Of a stretch of DNA of 60,915 nt, positions 49,270 through 57,056 are shown piece after piece. The notes beneath the pieces were generated by a model, which made no database searches, was not told the origin of the DNA, and was given only the letters and a program-made list of their open reading frames with translations. The translations under genes and the position numbers were made by a program. The DNA comes from Candidatus Thorarchaeota archaeon SMTZ1-45 (GTDB lineage Archaea; Asgardarchaeota; Thorarchaeia; Thorarchaeales; Thorarchaeaceae), in contig LRSL01000007.1 of NCBI GenBank assembly GCA_001563335.1, positions 1 to 60,915 on the forward strand. Reading direction: 5' to 3'. How positions within the stretch are numbered: position 1 is the first letter of the stretch; each line of letters begins with the position of its first letter.

Positions 49270-50496
49270 CTAACTATAGATCTCGTCAAGACCATCCCAT
49301 GCAAGACCAAGTGCTTGTGCAACTAATACTGCAAGATCTTTCACTGGTTTGCTTGAGCCTGCTTGAGGTAGTTGATCCGCCATGAAGTCAACGCATGAGG
49401 GACAACCAGATGCCACCACATCTGCATTTGTTGCTTCGATGTCTTCTACTTTGAGTCTGTTTATTTGAATTGCAAAATCTGCATCAATAGCTCTTAGCAC
49501 ACCACCAGATCCACAACAATAGCAGTTATTCTTGTTATGTGGCAACTCTTCAAAAACAACCCCGGGAAGATATTCGAGTACCTTTCTAGGTTCCTCAAAG
49601 AATCCTGAATTACGCCCAGCATCGCAGCCATCATGATATGTTACAGTAATATCAAGGGGCGTATTGAGACCAGTTAATTTCCCACTGTCAAGCAGGTCTG
49701 CGAGATATTGATACCCATAAACTATCTCAAAACCATGGTCGATATCAAGGAACTCATGATACTCATGAGCCCACATCTTATAACAACCAGGACAGTTGGT
49801 AACAATTTGTTCCACTCCTAACTCTTTGTATTTCTGGATGTTGTGCTCAGCAAGCACTCTTGCACCTTCAAAGTCTCCAGTCATTATCAGTGGTGCACCA
49901 CAACAGTACTCCTCTTCACCAAGCACTGTGTATTCTTCTCCAACCTTGTCCATTATTAATGTGGAGGCAATAGTAGCTTGAATGGATATTCCTCTGAATG
50001 ATGATGCACAACCAAAGAAGAATGCTGTTTTTGCTGGTGCCCCCTGCTTGTCCAGTAACTCGTCCTCGTTTGGAGTCCAGTATGACCATCCCTCAATTCT
50101 ATCCATTTGAGCTTGGCCTTGAATGTTGAAATTCTTCAAGACAGTATCTTTAGCCATTTGCAGTTCTTCTGGCCACATATTGCGTTTTTTAAACTCAGAG
50201 CGCATCACCTGATAGATCTTCACAAACGGAATATCAACCTGACAGATCTCTTCACAGCCACCGCAGAGAGTACAACCAAAGATAGCATCTCTAAGACCTT
50301 CGAGCCCCTCTGAAGGTCTAATTCGACCTTGCATCAGAGCACGTGTCAATAGCATTTTACCTTTTCCGGAGTAGCTATCTCGACGTTTTACTTTGTATGT
50401 AGGACATGCGCCATGTCCAACTTGACAAAAACTGCATTGAGCGCAAGTATAAGCATAGTCTTGGAGGTCATAATCATTCAGTGTTGGAAATTCCAT
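49270..50496 (-). CDS. Fe-S/CCG oxidoreductase (GlcF/HdrD-like), paralog D; divergent from the FAD-NuoB fusion
   Basis: CAQCSFCQVGHGACP, CTLCGGCEEIC, YCCG..CPGC, HDGC..YCCG..CPSC. Confidence 0.92.
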   Translation of the reverse strand: MEFPTLNDYDLQDYAYTCAQCSFCQVGHGACPTYKVKRRDSYSGKGKMLLTRALMQGRIRPSEGLEGLRDAIFGCTLCGGCEEICQVDIPFVKIYQVMRSEFKKRNMWPEELQMAKDTVLKNFNIQGQAQMDRIEGWSYWTPNEDELLDKQGAPAKTAFFFGCASSFRGISIQATIASTLIMDKVGEEYTVLGEEEYCCGAPLIMTGDFEGARVLAEHNIQKYKELGVEQIVTNCPGCYKMWAHEYHEFLDIDHGFEIVYGYQYLADLLDSGKLTGLNTPLDITVTYHDGCDAGRNSGFFEEPRKVLEYLPGVVFEELPHNKNNCYCCGSGGVLRAIDADFAIQINRLKVEDIEATNADVVASGCPSCVDFMADQLPQAGSSKPVKDLAVLVAQALGLAWDGLDEIYS

Positions 50497-50639
50497 TCTT
50501 GCAAATCTCCGCTTGTGACTGACTCATCAGGTGCGTTGCAACACACCTTAAAATCTTTCCAGTTTGACATAGAGCAACTAATTGAAACTGCTGTCATCAT
50601 TTTGCTCCACAAACTGTATTTGAAAAGTCGGCACGCTAG

Positions 50640-50658
50640 GTTTTTATCTTACAACTTT
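50640..50658 (+). promoter_or_regulatory. putative promoter GTTTTTATC-N5-ACTTT
   Basis: ~50-70 bp upstream of 50709; identical pattern at 53678-53696. Confidence 0.4.
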
Positions 50659-50708
50659 CCAAGCCACAAACTGTAAGCGGCTCTGTTCATGAGCTGGAGA
50701 GTGGACTC

Positions 50709-52649
50709 ATGGTCCTGAAACCAACACCAAAAGAGAAACTCAAGGAGATTTTTGGAGACCGGCTGATTACACAGAAGCATGAACTGATTTTGTTCGGACA
50801 AGATGTTGGTTCTCTTCCAAAACAAGTTGGATGGCTCATGAATACAAAACCAGATGCCATTGTACAACCTCAAACTCCTGAAGAGATTCAAGCACTCTAT
50901 GGAGTTGCACAAGAATTCAAGGTATCACTAGTTCCTCGGGCTGCAGGGACCTCAGGATATGGAGGAGCAATCCCCCGGAAAGGTGGGGTTGTGGTTGACA
51001 TGAGACGCATGGATAAAATACTCGAGGTTGACAGAGAAAATCTTACAGTCACTGTTGAGCCTGGCATATCTTGGGCCAACCTACAGTTTGCATTGAACAG
51101 AGAGGGATTAGACACACGATGCTATCCATCATCTGGCCTCTCAGCAACTATTGGAGGATGGGTGGCTCAAGGAGGCGACGGCATAGGGTCTCTTAAGTAT
51201 GGTAACATTAACAAGAATGTCATCAAACTTGAAGTTGTACTTCCAAATGGAAAAATCGTTAATACAAAAGACCTCGATTTATTCTGCGATACAGAGGGAA
51301 TTCTTGGAATTATCACAAAAGTCACCTTAAAAATTAAACCGCTTACTCCTATGAAGGTGATAGTTTCAAGCTTTGAAGAAAACTACCAGATGGTTCTGGC
51401 AATTGAGAAGATACTCGAAGATGGACCACTTCCATTCACTATCAAGTTTGAAGAGTCAAAATACACAGACCTCAAGAAAGCAATCTGGGAGGGCGATAAA
51501 CCATTCCCGATTCCAGCACATCATGGGTCGTTGATGGTTGTCTATGAGGGTGATGAGGAAGAGATAGCAGAGGGCATTCGAGTAGTCGAAGAAGTCACTG
51601 AGATGTACAGGGGAGTTGTCTATGGTGATGATGTTGCAGAACATGAATGGCACGACCGGTATTATCCTATGAAGATCAAGAAGAGAGGTCCAACACTCGT
51701 AGTTGGTCAGGCGTTCGCTCCACTTGAGAATCTTGCTGCAATACTTGATGACTTCCAATTTGAGCAAGCATCAGCAAAGGCTGGAATAGATGGTTATGTC
51801 AACTCCAAGAATGCGGTCACAATGATGGGCTACTTCCTCGAAGATGAGAGAAGGATGTTCTATATGTTCTCTTGGGCTCAGAGCTTCGTCATTTTCAAGA
51901 TAGCTCAAAGACATGGAGGACATGTACATTCTACAGGTATCTGGTTTGCCAATTACGCTTCACAGTACTTTGGAAAACAAAGACTTGCCCGGATAAGATC
52001 AGCAAAACTACAATGGGACAAGAATGAGATCTCTAATCCTGGAAAGGTTTTTGCCTATTGGTTACCTTTCATTCTCAAAATTGGTAAGTACTTCCTATGG
52101 ATATTCTATGACTTATTCAGAAATGGGTTTGGTCGCATTGCACCAATTCTCTTGAAATGGTTGCAGAATGTACCACCGCTGAAATGGGTGCTAAGATGGG
52201 GTCGAGCCCATAGTCCATGGCCAATGCAGTATGGTATTGGATGTTGCATGGTTGACGGTGCTGCAGGAATTGCTCCCCGTTGGGACTTTGAGAGATTCGG
52301 AATGCTACCGCTTTTTGGTCCAAGGCAGACCGACGTTCTGTGGATTTCAGGCTCACTTACAAAGAAGATGGCTCCACGACGTAGGCGTATCTATGAGCAG
52401 ATGCCAGAGCCCAAGTACGTTATCGCCTTTGGTCAATGCGTTGCTTCTGGAGGGTTGTTTTGGGAAGGATATAGTCTTGCTACGCCACCTGATAAGATAG
52501 TTCCTGTGGATGTCTATCTTCCAGGCTGTCCTCCAAAGCCAGCAGACTTTATTCGAGCACATATCATTCTTCAAAACAAGATTCGAGCAGGAACAACTCA
52601 CTGGCAACGAAAATACGAGAACCAAGATGCAATGGGGATGATGCAATAA
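50709..52649 (+). CDS. fusion: FAD-binding oxidoreductase (VAO/GlcD-like) + NADH-quinone oxidoreductase subunit B (NuoB) domain
   Basis: N-part PRAAGTSGYGG, YPSSGLSATIGG, EGILGIITKV, NPGKVF; C-part WGRAHSPW..GIGCC..DFERFG..PRQTD..KKMAP..YEQMPEPKYVIAFGQC..PVDVYLPGCPPKP; one uninterrupted frame. Confidence 0.93.
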   Translation: MVLKPTPKEKLKEIFGDRLITQKHELILFGQDVGSLPKQVGWLMNTKPDAIVQPQTPEEIQALYGVAQEFKVSLVPRAAGTSGYGGAIPRKGGVVVDMRRMDKILEVDRENLTVTVEPGISWANLQFALNREGLDTRCYPSSGLSATIGGWVAQGGDGIGSLKYGNINKNVIKLEVVLPNGKIVNTKDLDLFCDTEGILGIITKVTLKIKPLTPMKVIVSSFEENYQMVLAIEKILEDGPLPFTIKFEESKYTDLKKAIWEGDKPFPIPAHHGSLMVVYEGDEEEIAEGIRVVEEVTEMYRGVVYGDDVAEHEWHDRYYPMKIKKRGPTLVVGQAFAPLENLAAILDDFQFEQASAKAGIDGYVNSKNAVTMMGYFLEDERRMFYMFSWAQSFVIFKIAQRHGGHVHSTGIWFANYASQYFGKQRLARIRSAKLQWDKNEISNPGKVFAYWLPFILKIGKYFLWIFYDLFRNGFGRIAPILLKWLQNVPPLKWVLRWGRAHSPWPMQYGIGCCMVDGAAGIAPRWDFERFGMLPLFGPRQTDVLWISGSLTKKMAPRRRRIYEQMPEPKYVIAFGQCVASGGLFWEGYSLATPPDKIVPVDVYLPGCPPKPADFIRAHIILQNKIRAGTTHWQRKYENQDAMGMMQ

Positions 52650-53218
52650 TGTACATTCGACAAGACAGTGATCCATATTGCATGCTCTTTCTTGGTTTAA
52701 TCATCCTCACAGCATTCATCTTCAACTTCGTTTATCTTGGATTCTTGATACCGTCAGCCTCTTTTGTGATTGCAGGTTCCTTTACACTAATTGGTGGTAT
52801 GTCCATCGTCTTGGTCTTCTTCTTGATTGGGTACTTCCGACCAGAGAAAGGTAAAGGTAAGAATCTGATGATGGCTCTCTCAATAACTGTAGGTTTCTTC
52901 TTTGTGGTCTTTGTTGATCAGTTTGCACTTGCTGTCCCATCAGCAGGAGATACTATATACCTCTCATTTTGGGGTTTAGGAGGCGCAATTCTCACAGCAG
53001 CCGGTTTCGCAATGATGCATAACCAAGAAGAGAGTTATTCCCCAGGCATTATGGACACAGGTGCTCTACACTACGGTCCAGAACCTGAGCCTGAACCAGA
53101 GCCAGAAGAAGAAATCAGTGTTGAGCCTGAGGCAGAGTCGGTGGCACCCACAGATACAGCGACGACTGAAGAAACTAATACAAACACTGAACCAGTTTCT
53201 GATGCTGAAAAAGAGTAA
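52649..53218 (+). CDS. hypothetical 4-TM membrane protein with acidic Pro/Glu-rich tail
   Basis: TAATG overlap with the fusion gene; PEPEPEPEPEEE tail. Confidence 0.75.
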   Translation: MYIRQDSDPYCMLFLGLIILTAFIFNFVYLGFLIPSASFVIAGSFTLIGGMSIVLVFFLIGYFRPEKGKGKNLMMALSITVGFFFVVFVDQFALAVPSAGDTIYLSFWGLGGAILTAAGFAMMHNQEESYSPGIMDTGALHYGPEPEPEPEPEEEISVEPEAESVAPTDTATTEETNTNTEPVSDAEKE

Positions 53219-53227
53219 GATTATCTC

Positions 53228-53593
53228 TTACTCATGAAGCCAACTGAATGCAGCAAACGCAATTAGAAGTCCTATTGCCATCAATGCGAACAAAATTATT
53301 CCAGTTATGAGATCAAGCATTGTGAAGAGGAGATAAACATGAATACCTCCAAGAATTCCTGTGAGCATTGTAAGACCAACTCTACTGGAACGTGTTTTGG
53401 CTGAAACGAATCCAAACGCTGATGCTGCGAAGAGAATCCCGCCTAGTACAAGAATCATATTGAAGATTATACTTACTGCACTCGTTTGTGTATTCATGAG
53501 TATCCAGAAGTAAGTTCCCAATAGAGCCATACCTATCAAAAGCGCTAGATAATAGAAGAATGTGCCTTCTTCGCCATGAGCCAAATGAATCAC
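53228..53593 (-). CDS. hypothetical 4-TM membrane protein
   Basis: 121 aa, hydrophobic, own TATA-like element near 53641. Confidence 0.65.
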   Translation of the reverse strand: MIHLAHGEEGTFFYYLALLIGMALLGTYFWILMNTQTSAVSIIFNMILVLGGILFAASAFGFVSAKTRSSRVGLTMLTGILGGIHVYLLFTMLDLITGIILFALMAIGLLIAFAAFSWLHE

Positions 53594-53677
53594 CTGTAAT
53601 CATAGAATTGTTGTATTGAGTTCTTGTTCGCTTCCTCGCGATATATAACTGCTTTGTGTCGTCAAAAAACCCGAAGT

Positions 53678-53709
53678 GTTTTTATCACGGTACTTTTCCT
53701 ACCGCGGTA
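53678..53709 (+). promoter_or_regulatory. putative promoter of the nuo-like operon with a palindrome at the predicted start site
   Basis: GTTTTTATC-N5-ACTTT (53678-96); perfect palindrome TACCGCGGTA (53700-09). Confidence 0.45.
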
Positions 53710-53721
53710 AGTTTCAACATA

Positions 53722-53912
53722 CATGGTTCAACTAAAGCCTATGATGTGGAATGTTAAGAAAGGCAACATTTCACATATTACAGGTTGCAGTTTGGTCATG
53801 GCAAGTGTTAGCATGGAAGGACCTTGATATCAATGAGAACGGAAACTCACGACATGACTCATTTTGTAGGTATCTTCAATAACCGCCGTGTTCCGTTCCG
53901 CGTTAACATTGT
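53722..53912 (+). ncRNA. candidate structured 5' leader of the nuo-like operon (two long hairpins)
   Basis: ATGTGGAATGTT/AACATTTCACAT; GTGTTAGCATGG/CCGCGTTAACAT; GAACGGAA/TTCCGTTC; G-U pairs favour the + strand. Confidence 0.45.
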
Positions 53913-53951
53913 GGACTCTATAGAAGTAAAATCAGAGGATGGTATTCTAGC

Positions 53952-54419
53952 ATGATGCAGAGTGAAAGATTGTTTGCGCAATTCATCCCCGTCTTAATAT
54001 GGGCAATATTAGCCATTGTTCTTGTTGTTGTAATGCTGCTAGCATCGTGGGTATTGCGTCCCCACGTGCTACAAAACTCTGAGAAGACTTCTACGTATGA
54101 ATGTGGTGAAGAACCAGTTGGTCCTGCAAGAATCTCCTATCCATACAACTACTTCATCTATACCGTGCTTTTTGTCGTTGTGGATGTTATGGGCGCTTTT
54201 CTCTGGCTTCTTTCATCCTCTAACATACTTTGGGTTGATGCTACTAAGTATACAGTCGTTTGGCAGGTGGCTGTCTTTATCCTAATAATCGTTGGTGGAA
54301 TCGCCTTTGTCATGAAGATGCTTCCGCAAGCAGCCTTGGATGGGAAAGAAACACTTGAGGTGTATCGAAAGGCGAAGGCTCAGAGGGAACAAGAACAGCA
54401 TGTTGCAGGAGGTCACTAA
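53952..54419 (+). CDS. nuoA: complex I-like subunit A
   Basis: EKTSTYECGEEP loop, YFIYTVLFVVVDV, 3 TM. Confidence 0.92.
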   Translation: MMQSERLFAQFIPVLIWAILAIVLVVVMLLASWVLRPHVLQNSEKTSTYECGEEPVGPARISYPYNYFIYTVLFVVVDVMGAFLWLLSSSNILWVDATKYTVVWQVAVFILIIVGGIAFVMKMLPQAALDGKETLEVYRKAKAQREQEQHVAGGH

Positions 54420-54421
54420 TC

Positions 54422-55072
54422 ATGCAAGAAAGTACTGCATTAGATCTGTTAGAACCTGGAGAATTCCTATTAATTGCAGGCATTATATTGATTCTTGCAT
54501 ATCTCGCACTTGAGCACAAAGAGATTGTCTATGCTGCATTCTTCTTTGGATTCATGGCATCATTTGTCGCGGGGATTTTTCTTCTGCTTGAAGCACCTTT
54601 TATCGCTGGAATGCAGATTGCAGTGTATACAGGAGGTATAAGCGCACTCATTATCTTTGCAGTTCTACTACTACCAAGAGCTCAAGATTCATCTCTAGAA
54701 GAGTTCTCATCACCACGAAAGCGCCAAATTGGGCTCATTATGGCCACCCTAGTCATAATACTCTCTGGTGTCCTTGCTTTTATCTTTCCATGGGCAGAGT
54801 CCTTTGATGATACTTTCATTGCTATATCAAATGACCTCAATGAACTTGCTCTATGGTTATGGGCTGACAATGGTATCTATGTTCAGATTATTGCCCTGAT
54901 TATGATTACCTCGCTCGTAGGTGCCATTGCGCTTCTGAAGATGGACAAAGCGGAACAACTCGTTTCTATTCGTGGCGAATTTGGAATTGAAGCTGAGCCA
55001 GAACTCCAGGAGCTAGATGTATTAGAGGATGAAGAACCTGACACAGAAGAACATGAGGAGGTTGATGACTAA
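54422..55072 (+). CDS. nuoJ: complex I-like subunit J
   Basis: LLEAPFIAGMQIAVYTGGISALIIF, LVGAIALL. Confidence 0.92.
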   Translation: MQESTALDLLEPGEFLLIAGIILILAYLALEHKEIVYAAFFFGFMASFVAGIFLLLEAPFIAGMQIAVYTGGISALIIFAVLLLPRAQDSSLEEFSSPRKRQIGLIMATLVIILSGVLAFIFPWAESFDDTFIAISNDLNELALWLWADNGIYVQIIALIMITSLVGAIALLKMDKAEQLVSIRGEFGIEAEPELQELDVLEDEEPDTEEHEEVDD

Positions 55073-55383
55073 TGGTCCCGCTCTCATGGTATCTTATTCT
55101 TGCATTCATGCTAATTGGATTGGGTGGCTACGGTATGATGGTCAAGAGGAATCTCATTAGAATCCTCATTGGAGCTGAAATCATGGGTAATGGTGTCAAT
55201 ATTGCACTTGTAGCCATGTCACTCTATAGTCCAGTATTTACATTCACAGGTCAAGGGCTGATTATCTTGATTATCTCTGTTGCCGCTGCACATACAGCTT
55301 TAGCTTTGGTTTTGATGTTGATGTACAACCGACGCTATGATACAGTTGACCTTGGACAACCAATCGTAATGGAGGAACCATAA
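55072..55383 (+). CDS. nuoK: complex I-like subunit K
   Basis: GGYGMMVKRNLIRILIGAEIMGNG, GQGL..SVAAA. Confidence 0.92.
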   Translation: MVPLSWYLILAFMLIGLGGYGMMVKRNLIRILIGAEIMGNGVNIALVAMSLYSPVFTFTGQGLIILIISVAAAHTALALVLMLMYNRRYDTVDLGQPIVMEEP

Positions 55384-55384
55384 G

Positions 55385-55912
55385 ATGTCAGACTCGTCTA
55401 CTATTAATGCTTCTACCTTTGGAAGACTCGTCATCAACAAAATTCCTGAGGTATCATCGAAGCCTCTTGATGGTAACAAGATTGAGCTTGTAGTACCTGC
55501 AAGTAGGATTCGTGACGTGGTCACCATTATTGATGAGGAAATCAATGATGCCCTCCCTGAGTCTGTCTTTGGCGTTGATCTTGAGAATGACAATTACGAG
55601 CTTATCTACATCTTCTGGTCTCACAACAACCGCTTGCTTGTTCAACTACGAGTATCCTTGCAAGGGGAGAATCCAGAGATTGAGAGCACTTGTGACATCT
55701 TTCCTGGTCTTGAATGGCATGAACGAGAGGTCAGAGAGATGTTCGGTGTAAATATCACGAATCATCCTGACCCACGGCTCCTTCTATTGCCTGACGAGTT
55801 GGAGGGTGTTTATCCTCTTCGCAAAAGGTTCCAGACAGATCAGAGCAGACTTGAGGAAACAGGAATATCGACTCCAAAACCAAGGGCAACATCGGGAGGT
55901 GAAGACAAGTGA
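55385..55912 (+). CDS. nuoC: complex I-like subunit C
   Basis: WHEREVREMFGV...HPDPRLLLLP...YPLRK. Confidence 0.93.
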   Translation: MSDSSTINASTFGRLVINKIPEVSSKPLDGNKIELVVPASRIRDVVTIIDEEINDALPESVFGVDLENDNYELIYIFWSHNNRLLVQLRVSLQGENPEIESTCDIFPGLEWHEREVREMFGVNITNHPDPRLLLLPDELEGVYPLRKRFQTDQSRLEETGISTPKPRATSGGEDK

Positions 55913-57045
55913 GTCCCGACATTCTTGAGGAAGCAATGGAAGTCTGGTTTGGTCCTCAACATGTGTCTGCACATGGTTGGGCAACAAAGTTGACACTCGT
56001 GGGTGACTATGTAGTTGAATGTGATCCCAATGCGGGCTACTTCCACCGCTCTGCTGAGAAGGTCCTTGAGTTCAAGAATTTTAGGCAAGGCTCACTGGTG
56101 TTGGAACGAATGTGCATGCTCGAGGCATTCTTGGCTGAATACCCGTATATTGCTGCAGTTGAGAAGATTTCTGAGGTTGAAGTTCCTGAGCGTGCGAAAG
56201 TCATGAGAACCATCATGATGGAGCTTTCACGTCTTCACAGTATCCAATTCTGGTGGGGCCAGTTCAATGCTGAGCTTGGTTTCTTCACAATGGCTCTATG
56301 GCCATGGGTGGACCGAGAGTATACACTTGACGCTTTTGAAGAATTAACAGGTTCACGACACACAGTTTCATACTCAACACCTGGTGGCGTGAAGTATGAT
56401 TTCTCTGACAAATTTATGAAACAACTAAACCGTGCAGTAGAGCGTTTTGAGGATAGACTACCCAAATTTAGAGACATGCAAATGGGAAGCCCAACCTTTA
56501 GGGCAAGAACTGAAAATATTGGTCTATATGATGTAAAACAGGGTCTCAAGTGGGGTCTGAGTGGTCCACCAATCAAGGCATGCGGAGTTCCCATGGACTT
56601 ACGAAAGGATGACCCAGATTCGAATCTAGCTTATGACATGGTTGACTGGGAGGTTCCTATCACAGAGAACCCTGAGCATCCAAGCCAGAGTGATGCGCTC
56701 GATCGTATGGAACAACGATTCAAGGAAGCTGAGGTTGCTGTTGAGATCATTAAGCAGTTGATTCCTCAAATACCAGAGGGTGACATTATAGACCCTAAGG
56801 CTCGGGCAAAGACTAACAGACTCCCTGAAGGAGAGGCTTATGGTCGAGTAGAAGGGACGCGTGGTATAACATCACTGTGGCTTAAGACACAAGATAAAGC
56901 ACAGACAGCATACCGCGCAAAGATTCGAGGTCCATGTATTGCTTCCTATTATGCGTTGAAGGACTTAGTGCCTGGTTCGAAATTTGCAGACTTCATTGTG
57001 ATATTTGGAAGCTTGGACCCATATCCAGGGTGGTGGGATCGCTGA
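55909..57045 (+). CDS. nuoD: complex I-like subunit D (lacks the NiFe CxxC pairs)
   Basis: FGPQHVSAHG, GYFHRSAEK, VPERA, ELSRLHS, GLSGP, EGTRG, GSLDPYPGWWDR. Confidence 0.92.
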   Translation: MSPDILEEAMEVWFGPQHVSAHGWATKLTLVGDYVVECDPNAGYFHRSAEKVLEFKNFRQGSLVLERMCMLEAFLAEYPYIAAVEKISEVEVPERAKVMRTIMMELSRLHSIQFWWGQFNAELGFFTMALWPWVDREYTLDAFEELTGSRHTVSYSTPGGVKYDFSDKFMKQLNRAVERFEDRLPKFRDMQMGSPTFRARTENIGLYDVKQGLKWGLSGPPIKACGVPMDLRKDDPDSNLAYDMVDWEVPITENPEHPSQSDALDRMEQRFKEAEVAVEIIKQLIPQIPEGDIIDPKARAKTNRLPEGEAYGRVEGTRGITSLWLKTQDKAQTAYRAKIRGPCIASYYALKDLVPGSKFADFIVIFGSLDPYPGWWDR

Positions 57046-57056
57046 TGGGAGGTGTC

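Noticed and set aside
53077-53112. Short tandem repeat encoding PEPEPEPEPEEE
   Set aside because: Synonymous codon variation indicates a low-complexity protein tail, not a DNA repeat element
53741-53780. AUGA-initiated hairpin with an A-rich loop resembling a SECIS
   Set aside because: The 3' strand lacks the GA needed for the non-Watson-Crick quartet, and no in-frame TGA gene is nearby
55909-57045. Group 4 [NiFe]-hydrogenase large subunit
   Set aside because: Both CxxC motifs are absent (RMCMLE, DPYPGW) and the cognate small subunit has the complex I tandem CC
56934-57056. N-terminal extension of NuoH in the ORF track
   Set aside because: Overlaps nuoD; ATG 57057 has a strong GGAGGTG RBS
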